The notes beneath the pieces are model-generated. The model saw only the letters and a list, made by a program, of their open reading frames with translations, did no database searches and was not told where the DNA came from. DNA of 64,000 nt, taken from contig NC_135665.1 in the NCBI RefSeq assembly GCF_964188315.1, positions 27,404,001 through 27,468,000 of the forward strand, given 5' to 3'. The translations under genes and the position numbers were made by a program. The first letter of the stretch is position 1; each line of letters opens with the position of its first letter. Of the stretch, positions 24,626 through 38,345 are shown piece by piece. This DNA is from Podarcis muralis. Taxonomy: Eukaryota.

Positions 24626-27550
24626 GACTGGAAAAAATATAAGCAGGAAACTTTTTCTATTTCTGTCATTGGTGGTTAGGTGTCAGGAATGGCATTTATT
24701 TTATTTTATGTTTCATTTTTTTATTTATTTTTTTAAAAAACCATGTTATTCCATGTACCATAGCACAGTAGGGAGAAAGTAAAAATACAGAGTGCTTCTA
24801 TGTATTGGAACTGCAGTTTAATTGCCAGTTTAAAGTGAAATTCACAAAGCCTCTTTTGCTGTCAGGAGAATAGACATGGTGCACTGGACGTCAGAGGACT
24901 GGTATGAATTCTCTCTCTGAGCTGTGGTGATTGGTGGTTGCCACAGTGCTAAGTCTATAATAGTTCCTTTAGTTCCTAAACCACCACTCTAGAATCTACA
25001 ATGGCTATAATGCATTCTCTGCACCCCCCCCCCCCCAAAAAAAACACACCAGGATATTGAAAAACTTGCAAAGTGAAAGAAATCTGAGTGGAGTTGAGGG
25101 GGGGGAGACAATATTGTCATAGTGGAAATGTGGAAATGAGAACATCATTGCATTATGTGCTGCAGAAAATAATAAATTGTGTACTAAATAGTTGACATGA
25201 ATGCAGTGTCTCAGAGAATCAAGGGCTGAGGTCACCTATTTATCATAACTACATTGAGATAAATTGCATCTTATTTTAGGCTGCAATCATGGAAGTCCAC
25301 TGAACTTAGTGGGTCCTACTTATGAGTAGATACGTGTAAGATTGCTCTGCCATAGCCCAGGTGCTCATCAGCTTGTCACAAAACTACAACCAGAGTATAT
25401 CTATCTGCCCATTTAAACTTAGTGGTTTTTTAAAAAAACTTTCTCTTTTTATTAGCAGCACTGAGATTTGCATTGACAATTTTTTAACATAAATCTATTA
25501 ACACTAGGTGATAAAGAAAAGCAGATAGCATTTTTTAGGATTAGATTCTGCTAATGAAATTTGCTAGTGGAAAAGTACAAATGAAAATTGCACTGAATAT
25601 AGATGAAAGCTAAACCAACTTTGTAATCTCAAATTCATTTTGCAAAACTTCATCCTTAACTTTATCTCCAGTAAATGAATACTCTGATCCCACAGGTAGC
25701 CGTTTGTTTCCCATCTATGAAAATCAATATTCCTGTAAAATCATTATTAATATAATATTGAAGTAAGGGCCTTGTAAATGCTACAGCAAAGTTTTTAAAT
25801 GTGTGAGTCTAGCTCCATTCTGTATGTGGACCCTTGATTCCCATCAGAAGTGCCGAAACCAGCCCATATTTATTTTTTCCAAAGCCACCCAAAAATTATA
25901 GGAAGTAATTAATGGAATCATTCTATTGCCAATGTTTATTCAGAGAACCTCTGTTTATGTTACCAAAATGGCAAACCCTTTTACAACATGTGTGTACATC
26001 AGCAGACTTGATGGAGTGTCATTGTTCATAGAAGTACAAAAAAGGGGAACACCTCCAAAAAAATTACTCTAATAAAAACTGAGAAGAAATGAACAAATAT
26101 GTCTATTTTGATTTTTCAGTCTTGAATCCAGTTTTCCTCATAAGTTTGCTGATTGTATTTAAAAAAAAAATCTTGAAAATTCATCAGCATTTTAGTGCAA
26201 ATTTCTCCCGAATGTACACATTTCTGTATGCAATTGCACCTAACATACACATTGTTGCAAAATAAATTCCCCTCATTACTTCACATTTTTGTATATCATA
26301 GTGTATTCGGTTTTTTACACATTACTTGGTTGGAGGACTGCATTGCAAAATTCAGAAAAGTGCAAATTATGAAAGATGGCTGTGCTTGGTTTCTCGTCTT
26401 GCTTTGGAAAGTGTGCATTAAGTAGGCTTGCCTTTAAATGTGATCTAACTTTAATGTCTCCCCCATCCCTAGAACTGAGTATGCTCAGTGACTTCAGTAT
26501 AAAATGCTGACTGACTGTCAGGGAAAACTGGAAAACTGGTGGGATGTGTGGAAATTGAATGCTGTGCCTGGAATAATGAACAGAAGCATTCCACACTGCA
26601 GGATTTTGCTGAAGGTTCCACTTGTCTATATCATGTTTATTTTGTGACATTCAAATGGTGCCATTTATTTTATGAAGCTGTTCCTTTGTTCTTTATCTAT
26701 GGCTGCAAAGTCAAGGAAGCTCTTTTTCTTCTGCCAAAAAAGTTTCACATCCAGGATTCTCAGTAGCTTGTTTTGATGTATGTACCACAGGGTGAGCTAG
26801 CTTTGGACTCACTATGACAGGAAAAGATGCATCTGCTGAACTTCTCCCAGCCTTCTAGCTATTGACGTTTCCTTTGGGTCATGAGTTGGCAATCTTATTC
26901 ACATGTAGAATGCAGTTTTGAAAATGTACATTAAAAATATGTGCATCTGTAAACATATTCCTAGAGAAAGCCTGCAGATCTTTTCTGAGATGCATTCTGT
27001 AGCATAAAACAATGGTGTTTTGTTTAGCTCCTGGCACTTACTAACTAAGACCATTTGGGGGGCAATACACCTGAAACCTGGGAACATAAGGGAGGTGCCC
27101 TGGGTTATTATTATTTTTAAAAACCTGCAGAAGTTCAGACAAATAAATCCAGGGGCTATTGTGCTAGGTGATTCTCCTTTGTTATTAAAAGATGGAAAAG
27201 TTACTATGATTGGAGTTCACTGAGAAAATTAGTCCCAGTGTGATTAAAAGCTAGACCTGTCAAAAGAAGAAAATCTCCCCAGCACTCCACACCCTCTCCT
27301 TTCCTTTATATTCTCACCACTCTCAATCTCTGGCTTTTTCCTAGGAAGCTTGGTTTCATTTCTAAGAAAAGAAAGGGGGGGTGGTTGTTCTTTTCACAAC
27401 CTGGCACTGTGAAATGGTCTCCCCCTCCCCACCCTCTGTGCACCCCATATATCTGTTCTGCGGGTTCCCCCCAACTGTCCAGAGCAAGAGCAGGAAAGTT
27501 CCATTGTGAGAGTGAAAACCCTTGAGCTGAAAGGAAACATTAGTTGAATA

Positions 27551-27908
27551 AAAAGGTAAAGGTACCCCTGCCTGTACGGGCCAGTCGTGTCCGACTCTAG
27601 GGTTGTGCGCCCATCTCACTTAAGAGGCCGGGGGCCAGCGCTGTCCGCAGACACTTCCGGGTCACATGGCCAGCGTGACAAGCTGCATCTGGCGAGCCAG
27701 CGCAGCACACAGAAACGCCGTTTACCTTCCCGCTAGTAAGCGGTCCCTATTTATCTACTTGCAGTCGGGGGTGCTTTCGAACTGCTAGGTTGGCAGGCGC
27801 TGGGACCGAGCAATGGGAGCGCACCCCGCCGCGGGGATTTGAACTGCCGACCTGACAATCGGCAAGTCCTAGGTGCTGAGGTTTTACCCACAGCGCCACC
27901 CGCGTCCC
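27551..27908 (-). mobile_element. Sauria SINE (full length)
   Basis: Same body as the 5479 copy; TSD ATTAGTTGAATA / ATTAGCTGAATA (27539-27550, 27911-27922, one mismatch). Confidence 0.95.
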
Positions 27909-28538
27909 TTATTAGCTGAATACCACCCTCTAAAGGCCTAAGCAAATCCGCTTGCCTATGGAGGATGAGTAGGGAACATTTTTTCTGCAGAGGCCGGCAT
28001 TCCTCTGGAATGTACTGATTGGGGGGATGCACACTGACTGTGGGTGTGACAAGAGCCAAAAATGTATTATGGCACTCCATTTTGTCTCTGGGTCAGCCCC
28101 CTTTCACTTTCTGCCATCCCTTTTCACTGACTGACTCATTCCCCACCTCCCATCTGCCAGGGGAGAGACAGATACGTATTTCTTGCCAGAATTCTGGAGA
28201 TATTTCTTACAGAGAGGATCCATTTCAGTTTGCCGCCACCGCCCCCTTTCCCCTGCTCACTATCCTTCCCCCTCATGGTCTTCCAACCCACATTAGGCCA
28301 AGGAACATATGAAATTAAGCAGAGAGTCATGTGTTGTTGTCAGCCTTCAAGTGTCACTCCTGTTACAGAGTTTCTTGCCTTTTTCTGTTCCCTTGGGAGC
28401 ATAATAATTGGCCATATCCTCTGTCCTAAAATAATGTTTTCAGAATCAGGTTGGAAGAGGATGAAAATACTTTGATTTCCCTAAAATGACTGCACTGTCC
28501 TCAGGTGCCCTCACAAATCGAATCACAGGGTGTAATAG

Positions 28539-28667
28539 AATCATAAAATTGTGGAATTGAAAGGGACCCTACGGATCATCAACACAGGAGTATGCAGCTG
28601 TCCCATACAGGGATTGAACCTGCAACCTTGGTATTATCAGGCCCATGCTCCAACCAACTGAACTATT
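28539..28667 (-). mobile_element. Short tRNA-derived SINE with CR1-like 3' tail
   Basis: Minus strand reads TAGTTCAGTTGGTTGGAGCATGG...GGTTGCAGGTTCAATCCC (A/B boxes), ending GGTCCCTTTCAATTCCACAATTTTATGATT; 10-bp TSD GGTGTAATAG (28529-28538, 28668-28677). Confidence 0.8.
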
Positions 28668-31307
28668 GGTGTAATAGGGTGCTCATGTGTCTTACTTTAC
28701 AGAAGACCATCATCTATTTGAAGGGCTTCCAGATGACAGCTCTCTGTCTGAAGGAGTCCTTTGATGGGCTGATCTGCCCATATCTTACATAAAGATTAAG
28801 AACATAAGAAGGGAAATCAGGGGGTGGTAAAAATTCCCATCAACAGTTACCTGGATTGAGCAGGCCCATAGCTCACCTGATCATAGTCTACCCCATTATG
28901 GTTAGATATATTTCTATTTAATTAACAAGAATTATTTCTAAATTTGTATCTGTATGTGTAAATTGGCATATGCAAATATACATGCAAGCCTTCTTTTGTC
29001 CTGTTTTGTTTAATTGGCTTCCTCTTTTTAAAGAAATGCATAGAAACTCATTGCATGATACTCTGGATACCAATATGGGAATCTGTGCTGTGCTTTTGCT
29101 CTCCCTGCTTAACATATACAGTATTCAGGGATCACTGAATTCAGTTATTTTACTCCTGTGCTAAGCTATGTAGTAAATAGGTGCAGCAGTGTCTGTGCTG
29201 AACACACTTCCAAGGTAAGCCACAAAAAAGCAGCTCTCTGCTTTGAAAAGTTAAGCTGGACTCTCTAAATAAGATTAATGCTCATGGTCTACACAAATTA
29301 TTCCTGTGTCAGTCATGGGTCTGCTCATTCCCATGTAGAAGAAACAATATTGGTCCTGGCAAGTGTACAAACACACTTTGAAATGTATGGAGGCAGGACG
29401 TTCTGTCTGAAATCTGAATTCAAATTACAGCCTGCATTAATTACAAGTAGTAAAAGTTTTCTCTGATTAAGATTAATGATACTGGCGCTCAGAGTTGATA
29501 GCAGGACAATAGCATTTGCATTGTAAAACACATATCTGCATGCCATTACCAACAGCATTTTACAATGGGGGTGTGCATGGACATGGACCTGTGTGACAGC
29601 AGATTGTGTTAGTTGTGCCCTTTAGTGTCAGTTTTTTGGCTGTCAAAATTTATCACAATTTGAATGGGAACATCGTTTCACTAAAACATGCATGCTGAAG
29701 TCTTATTGCTTTCCAAAATGGGGAGAACTCACTTTAAAGAAAGGGGAAAAAATCTGCTTTCTGAATGAGGACCCTATAAATAGCAGAACAGGCTGCTTTT
29801 GAGTGTGAATCCTTTTGGATACAGGATGGTCCTGATTAAAATGATTTACACATTGTTACACATTGCCTTTCCACAGCGTCACCATCTGGAATTACTGACC
29901 ATGAAACCTAGGAAGCCATCAATGTAGTGCATAATATTCACTGAATAGAATCATCACCATCATATTCTGATGGCCTATATTTGGGCTATTTTGAAATGAC
30001 TCCCTGTGGTTGTTATCCTAAACAACCAGCAAGTAAGTTCTCCTTGAACTAAGTATCACTCCAAGTAGATATTCATAGGATTCTGTTGGTGAATTTCTAT
30101 TTTATTCCTTTCCATATCTGGTAGCTTTTATATAAATTTATATAATTTTGTTCTGTATTCCATAATCCATCTCATGCCAGAAAATGTAGACCTCTTCGAG
30201 TGTGACAATTACCTTTTCCTCTTTGTTCTTCTTTTCTTTAAAAAAAAGGAAGAACACAAGGCAGTTTTTGTGTTTCAAGAAATGCATGTACCGTAGGCAC
30301 ACAAAAATGGAAAATGTAACAGATTCTGAGATAATAGAAACAGAATTGAATTTACCTAGGAGTTCTGTTTATGAACAGCAATATTTAGACTGCTGTGAAG
30401 TATCCTAAGGCACCATTTATGATTCTAAAAACAAAATTATCCAACTGTGTTTACTCTTGTTGAGCAGCAAGTATCAGCCATCTTACAAAGTTTAACCTTG
30501 CTTTTGAGCAACCTTATATTCAGAAAATTACTAAATTATTGTATTTTGCATTGCTCTTTTTTTATAACTTGCTAGTAATTGGTTTATGACCTGTTGGCAT
30601 TATATGCAGTAAATATCGGGACTTCATTTATTTAATACAATTCTTCTCAAGGAAACATGAAAATCCATTATTTCAAGCCCAGAGAATGCGATTTGTGACA
30701 TGGTCAATAGCATTAAGATTTGGATTGGACTATAATTGTGCAGAAACACTTTCCTGTGTCATCTCCAATACTTGCAGCCATCATATAGCAAAGGAACACA
30801 AAACACGGATGATTTGTTTTGGTTTTTTCTTTTTCTTTGTTTATTCAACAGGTATAAATATTTTACTATGATTAAAAGGTAGACCTGGACATCAAAATGA
30901 AAGTCCCCCCCCCCCCATCTTCACAGACTTCCCTCTAGAATTCTGTTTCCTCAATCGACTTCATTTTACTTCTCACAGGGGCAGTGGGGGAAGGAGGCAA
31001 TGGCCAGAGAGCCACTTGAAAACTTAAGAGCATCCTCGATCCACTTTGAGATGTCTTGTTAATAATGCAATCTCACCTGGAAATGTAACAATCTTTCCTG
31101 AATCTTCTTGATTCACACTGTAATTTGGTGTGCACAGAGTGTGAAAGCACACCTATATTACTTAATGGGAAAGGAAGAATAATTCACAATGAGCAATAAT
31201 TCTTACACTGGGGCAGGCAATCTATAATGTGAGGAAGCAGTGGTGACTTTTTTAACTGTCTACACCATGGGCAACACCACCCGGTCTCATGGCACAGATC
31301 AGCCAAT

Positions 31308-32145
31308 AATAACAACAACAATAATAATTTTATTATTTATACCCCACCCATCTGGCTAGGTTTCCCCAGCCACTCTGGGAGGCTTCCAACAGAACACTAG
31401 AAGCAAAATAAAACTTCAGACATTAAAAAATTCCCTAAACAGATGTCTTCTAAAAGTCAGATAGTTGTTTATTTCCTTGACATCTGATGAGAGAACGTTC
31501 CACAGGGCAGGTGCCACTACCAAGAAGGCCCTCTGCATGGTTCCCTGTAACCTAACTTCTCGCAGTGAGAAAACCACCAGAAGGCCCTCGGTGCTGGACC
31601 TCAGTGTTCAGGTTGAATAACGGGGGTGGAGACACTCCCTCAGCTGTACTGGGCCGAGGCCTTTTAGGGCTTTAAAGGTCAGAACCAACAAATTGTGCTT
31701 GGAAACGTAATGGGAGTCAGTGAAGATCCTTTAGGACCGGTGTTATATGGTCCTGGCGGCCACTCCCAGTCACCAGTCTGGCTGCCACATTCTGGATTAA
31801 TTGTAGTTTCCAGGTCACCTTCAAAGGTAGCCCCACGTAGAGCACATTGCAGTAATCCACAGGAGATAACTAGAGCATGCACCACTCTGGCGAGAGTCTG
31901 CAGGCAGATGGGGTCTCAGCCTGCATACCAGATGGAGCTGGTAGACAGCTGCCCAGGACACAGAATTGACCTGTACCTCCATGGACAGCTGTGAGTCCAA
32001 AATGACTCCTAGGCTGAGCACCTAGTCTTTCAGGGGCACAGTTACCCCATTCAGAACCAGGGAGTCCCCCACACCTGCTCACCATGTCCCCCCAAAATGG
32101 TACTTCTGACTTGTCAGGATTCAACCTCAATCTGTTTGCCGCCAT
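31308..32145 (-). mobile_element. L2-clade LINE 3' fragment (decayed ORF2)
   Basis: Minus-strand peptides ANRLRLNPDKSE and LGVILDSQLSME (CR1/L2 reverse-transcriptase C-terminal motifs); ATAAATAATAAA plus (TTA/TTG)n tail. Confidence 0.85.
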
Positions 32146-34564
32146 CCATCCTCCAACTGCCTTTCAATGCCAACTAACCATAAAAACAAGCTGAGGAAGA
32201 CCCTGCATGCTCTGCCCCATCCCACCTGACCTGATAAGCATGTGATGAGCTGGTGTCCTCAAGTACCCAAGGAATCTCCTGTTCCCACATCCTCTCAGAC
32301 TGGGTGACAATAAGAAGTAGGTAGAGATGGTCTCCCTTCACTCTCCAGGTGTCTCAGGTTGCTCACCAGAGTAGCTGAACTTACCAACTTACTTTCCTGC
32401 AGCACCTGCTGGTTGAGACAAATGGAAAACAACCAATTAACCACCCAAACAGTATAGAATTGGTGAAAGGTGTTGTTTTTATGGCTAATTGTAGAAACCA
32501 CTCCCTGCCTCCTGCCCCAGAATCCCACTCAGCCTTCTGTAAGGTGACTGGCTAATCCCATACTCCTAACAAAGCTGAATGGATGGATAAGTTGCCATTT
32601 TATAAGGCTGTGCTCCGTCTATACCATTTTGCGACTGAATGATGCACATCACTGCCATGGGGGCACACTTGATGCTTCTTCATTCTCCCAAAGGGAGGAG
32701 GGTAAACCCATGTCCTTCTGATAGCTAAGGGGCCATCATTCTCACAGTGTGATGAAAAGAATAAGCAGTGTTGAATTCTGCATAGTAAATACATTTGTAC
32801 ATTTGCATGTCCCTCTGTGCTACTTCCCACATCCCTTAATTATTGTGTTGTTGCATATCCTGCTGTTGCATATATTTTATAAACCTAAACTGGGGGAGAG
32901 GAGTTAAGTATCTGCCTAAAGGAAAAATTACATTCTCCTGCAAAAATAATAATAATACCCAGAGTACACAGCATTTAACTTTTTATGAAAAGGTGATATT
33001 CTCCTCCTTATATATGGATGACCAAATCTTTCTTTTGCTGAATATTTCCCTTCATTGCCTGCACTCCCTGTCCATATCCACATTAGTCTTCCCATCTGGC
33101 TCCCTTAACCTCCATTTATCAAGCTCGCCTTTATTAATGATATGCTCTTCATGTGGGCACACAGGAAGTAAGTAGGGTTTGTTTTTGTTTCCCCCCTGCT
33201 ATTCATAATTGCTGCGCTAGTTCACAGGCTCCCTAATATTTTTATTTTCCTTACTTATACCTTGTGGGTACCACATTCATTTTGCCCTGTCCCTCCTTTT
33301 CTTCCCCATTTGTCTGTTCTGTGCCACAGAGCAACTGCAGCAACTTGTAAACTCAATAGTCCATCAATCCTCTGCCGTTGATCCATTCATCCCGTAAACA
33401 CTCTTTCAATCAAATCTCTGCCTGCAATCCATCCTATATTTTCCTCACTGGCTTGCCAATCAGTTTTCTAGTCCCTGAACCATTCTTTGCCTCAATCCAT
33501 CTCCTGTATCCCAGAACCCTAGATAAATTCTCCCTCTCCATTGACCCCTAATCAATTTTTCAGTCCACTGTCAGCATAGCCTCCGGTACATCCTCTGTCT
33601 ACTTCCAGCTAGTCCCAGCTATCAGCTTTCTATTTTTAAGTGTTCAAAAAGATAACAAATATTTTATATCATTTCTACTAATGGAGGCAAATATAATTTG
33701 GCTAAATTTCCTAAGCTCTTAAATCAAATCTCCCATGCATGGAACCTAGAAAGGAGGACTGCAACACAACACTGTGTTTTGTATTCATTTGGCATCTCTA
33801 AAAGGAATGGATTACATGCCCTGGGACTAAATAAATAAAAAGAAGCATTCAATAAATTCTCAGTTACTTTGACATTTACCTATTACATCATCTGGTTTTA
33901 GGTACACAGCGTCAGGGGCTTAAGAGTCAATGGTCATGGCAGAGATCTGATGATATGTAGGCCAATAAAACAAGTAAGATATGATATCATGGACAGTAAC
34001 AAGAAATCACTTGCCCTTATCAGTTTTTTTATATAAAAAATCTAGACTGTAATCATCAATTTTGCAGCACTTTCTAGCACTTTATCACAGTCCCGTCTCA
34101 GACTGAAAGAAGCTTGAAATGGCAACCCATGATAAGCCTTGGTGATGTGAACTTTTTTTCTAAAGAAGTGTTGCTACAGAGCGGAATGACCCAAAATGTC
34201 TGAATCCTGAGGAAAAGTCTATTGTTTTCTGGGCAGGTTCCACAACAGAACAGCATGTTGGGATTGTGTACTGAGTGAATTCATGAAAAGGCTGACATAG
34301 GGTGAACTTGTGACTGATTCATCATTCAGTCATTAGTATGAGGCACTAAGTAGTCCTCCTCGTTTTGAACTCCAACTACCATAACCTCCAGCCAACATGT
34401 CCAATGGTCAGGTATGATGGGAACTGAAGTCTGAAAGCATTTGTGTCACGTGTTCCTCTCTGTGCCCTATAGAATTATCACAAAAATATGGATTAGTATA
34501 GCATTCACTGGCGACATCCCACAAACTCAATGTGTTCATTGTCTCTTCAGCACAGAGCCCATAT

Positions 34565-34934
34565 AACAACAACAACAATGACGACAACAACAACGAAACA
34601 ACAACAATTTATTATTTATACCCCGCCCATCTGGCTGGGTTTCCCCAGCCACTCTGGGCGGCTTCCAACAGAATATTAAAATACAATAGTCTATTAAACA
34701 TTAAAAGCCTCCCTAAACAGGGCTGCCTTCAGATGTCTTCTAAAAATCTGGTAGTTGTTTTTCCTCTTTGACATCTGGTGGGAGGGCGTTCCACAGGGCG
34801 GGTGCCACTACCGAGAAGGCCCTCTGCCTGGTTGCCTGTAACTTGGCTTCTCGCAGGGAGGGAACCACCAGAAGGCCCTCAGCACTGGCCCTCAGTGTCC
34901 GGGCAGAACAATGGGGGTGGAGACGCTCCTTCAG
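34565..34934 (-). mobile_element. L2-clade LINE 3' fragment
   Basis: Minus-strand peptide RAFSVVAPALWNALPPDVK; nearly collinear with 31327-31650; (TTG)n tail. Confidence 0.88.
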
Positions 34935-35820
34935 CATCTCCTGGAACAGGCAAAATGGTTGCCTCCGGACATTGCTGGACAATTTCTCTCATCCCTGATT
35001 ATTTGCCATGCTGACTGTTACTAAGGGGAGCTGGACTACAATGCAGGAGGGCCATTGGTTCCATAATCCTGGCATAGATTATGGTGCTTAGCCTATGCAA
35101 CAGTAAGTGCAATATATATACTTCTTACACTTTTAACACTCCAGACTCTTCGAGGCCACAGGTTATCCACCCCTGCTAAGTACATGATCTGAACCTTGCA
35201 GAAATGCTGGGTATGGATGATGCAGAGAAAGGCTACACACATTTATTCTGTACGCACGCAGGCTAATGAACTAACAAGCGAGGTCTAATGAATGAGGTCA
35301 GGAGGCACCAGTGTACACAGTTCTGTTATCCATCCTCCCTGTTAATTCCAAACATATTTGTCCTGTGAGCACATGCTGTGGCCTCAGTAAGTCAGGGAGA
35401 GGTCTAGCACGCAGTAATATTCAGGGGAAGAGAAGAATGTGAAGAAACATGCTGCAGATAGGCAGGATAAGATTATTTGAGTTGGGTTGGAGGGGAGTCT
35501 AATAGGCATTATGAAACATCCAAGCAGCTTCCATAGGGTGTCTATGGGAGAAAACCAGAACTCATTGGTCCCCCCCTGATCACCCTACTCCCTGGCTAGA
35601 AGGCTTCTTGCTAGAGATTTCCACCTAGGAGGGCAGTCATGGGGATATAAAAGCCTGATTTAGGAGCTTTCCTTTCAAGCCTAAAGGGTCTGAGTTTGTA
35701 TTATTTATTTTAATTGAAGTATTCATAATCTGCCCTTGCTAAGCTTGAAACAAAATTAAATTAAAACAACATAAAACAAAATGCAGGCTTCAGTTACCAA
35801 TAAAACAACCAGTCCATGTG

Positions 35821-35954
35821 AAGTATCATCTCAAAGTGATGGAAAATAGGGAATGGAAAAATAGTTTGACTTCTTAACTGCGTGGGGTAAGTATCATCTC
35901 AAAGTGATGGAAAATAGGGATGGAAAATAGTTTGACTTCTTAACTGCGTGGGGT
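35821..35954. repeat. Direct tandem duplication of unique sequence (68 + 66 bp)
   Basis: AAGTATCATCTC...GCGTGGGGT twice, differing only by two single-A indels. Confidence 0.95.
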
Positions 35955-37746
35955 AGTAGAACAACACACACACACACAAAGGAAGTGAAAAAGTTCATTA
36001 CATGAACCCTGGCATTCAAAATCATGTGCGGAAGTATTCTGTCCTGTCCACAGCAAGGCAGGCTGCTGGTTGCAGAACCTTGGACAGCTCCAAATGAGCA
36101 ACTAGCTCTGGTGAATAATGGAGTGGACTGAGGCCAAAATGTCCATCTAACACACCTAAGCATTGCCTCTTCCTGCCTGAAGAATATAAAACCTTCAAGG
36201 GCTAACACTTTAACTTGAAGGCAATCACTTCTTTCCATGTCTTCTCAAAACGGGGTGCTCCCTGTGTACATGTCACCAGATATCCAGCCTAGATTGACTG
36301 GGGGGCACAGATCCCCAGTCCTAATAATTTTCCATTTCTAAAAAATTGTATCTTTGGAGCTGCAAGACTTTGAATTCATATTTGTTTATCTGCATTCAAA
36401 TTACTTCCTTCAAGCAACACCTCTTTTTGAATCATTCCACTTACTTTTCTCATTCTGTACACCAGTAATTCACCTCCAAGACTCTTACTTTCTGAATGCC
36501 AGATGTAACTTCCTTCTGCTCTTTTTTCTATGCCTTGTGCTATTTCCAAAATAATCAGTTTCGAACCACTTCCATTTCCACATGTCATTCTGTTTTTGTT
36601 TATTCCTGAGGCACTTCACTGGTCATCTAGAACCCTCTTTTATTGGAACTTCTCCTAATTGTGTGTTCATACATTGAAACATATTCAAACTACTACTCCA
36701 GATCACTGGACTTGTCTTTTCTTTCCCCTTAAAATAAACAGTAAACATCCCTAGGCATGTTCCCTAAATCATACTTCTAAACCAAAGTACAATACTCCAC
36801 AGCTTCCAGACATTTTCTAACCATCTACTTGCTTAAGTTCTATTGAGTACAAGCTTAGAGCACTGACATTTATTCTACCTCCAGACCAATATTGGACATG
36901 CTGATTGTGCATAAAAGTTAATAACATAGGTTTACATAGGTTTGAGGGCTTTTGTATGTAGCCATATCCATGGAGACCTAAGTTGTACATTCAGCTGCTA
37001 AGATCACTTCATTATAAGTAATGGGTTCCACACCATATATTAAAACTCTGGGGGATCCTTGCAGAATAGGGCTTTGAGAGTTTAGACCAACATTTAACGT
37101 TTAACTCTTGAAATTCATTTTTCCATTGGGAATACTCAGCTTCATTGCCATGATGATTAAAGCTTAATTTACATTTTTAAAAGCATTACATTTCTAGGAG
37201 GCCTATTTTTAAAAGATTTTGAAGTGTGACCTCATTCAGGTTGATTGTCTTGCTCTGCTAGGCTTTGCTTTACTAGAAATGGAATATTTTTTTTAAATGC
37301 CAGGTTGCAAATGATTCTGTAGACAAAGAAATCATTAGAGTGCTTTTTCGCTGTGATAAAATTGATAGAGCAAGTACAGAGTTACCAAGTTTCGCCAATT
37401 AAGCTCTGGAATAGTTCCTTCATTCTTTCTGAAACTCAATGAAGCCAAAAGGAATTACCCTTGAAAAGAACAAACATTTCACATGGTTAAGTATTCATAA
37501 AAATGAGAGACGTATTCCATATCAAGACAAATAATACAGAACCAAAATGAGAAACTAAAGAATAAAAAATAGTTTTCTTTGGTTCCGACAGGCTGATTGA
37601 ATATTCACCTGTTGTTTTCATTTCTAGTTGGTCTCTCAGCTATATAGTCAGTGGCACCAATATTTTAAGAAATGCATATGTCACATTAGTGCCATATTCA
37701 TGTTCGTTTTTCATACTAGAGATTTGAAGGAGGGTAAGAATTAAAA

Positions 37747-37956
37747 GTGCAAGTAGATAAATAGGTACCGCTCCGGCAGGAAGGTAAATGGCATTTCCGT
37801 GTGCTGCTCTGGTTTCACCAGAAGCGGCTTAGTCATGCTGGCCACATGACCCAGAAGCTGTACGCCGGCTCCCTCAGCCAGTAAAGCAAGATGAGTGCCA
37901 CAACCCCAGAGTCATCGTGACTGGACCTAACGGTCAGGGGTCCCTTTACCTTTACC
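37747..37956 (+). mobile_element. Sauria SINE, 5'-truncated
   Basis: Starts at GTGCAAGTAGATAAATAGG, ends TTTACCTTTACC; 12-bp TSD TAAGAATTAAAA (37735-37746, 37957-37968). Confidence 0.92.
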
Positions 37957-38119
37957 TAAGAATTAAAAAGCCTACTGGACAATTAAATATAAACAGTATA
38001 TTAAAATATAGAATTGGTCTAGGCTAAAAATTATAATTGTCACAAAGTTTACATTTTTTCCCTTAAATTTGCATCAATCTTTCTTCCACTCCCATGGTGG
38101 CAAGTAGGTCCCAGGTATA

Positions 38120-38345
38120 CAGTGGTACCTCAGGTTAAGAACTTAATTTGTTCCAAATGTCCGTTCTTAACCTGAAACTGTTCTTAACCTGAGGTATCAC
38201 TTTAGCTAATGGGGCCTCCTGCTGCCACTGCGCTGCTGCTGCGCGATTTCTGTTCTCATCCTGAAGCAAAGTTCTTAACCCAAGGTACTATTTCTGGGTT
38301 AGCGGAGTCTGTAACCTGAAGCGTCTGTAACTCGAGGTACCACTG
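38120..38345. mobile_element. Tc1/mariner-type MITE
   Basis: TA|CAGTGGTACCTC ... GAGGTACCACTG|CA (right TA mutated); reverse orientation relative to 19157 and 52584. Confidence 0.9.

Noticed and set aside
28600-28667. tRNA gene (also the tRNA-like heads at 44150-44214, 48620-48688 and in the Sauria SINEs)
   Set aside because: Only A/B-box heads attached to SINE bodies; no complete cloverleaf or acceptor stem
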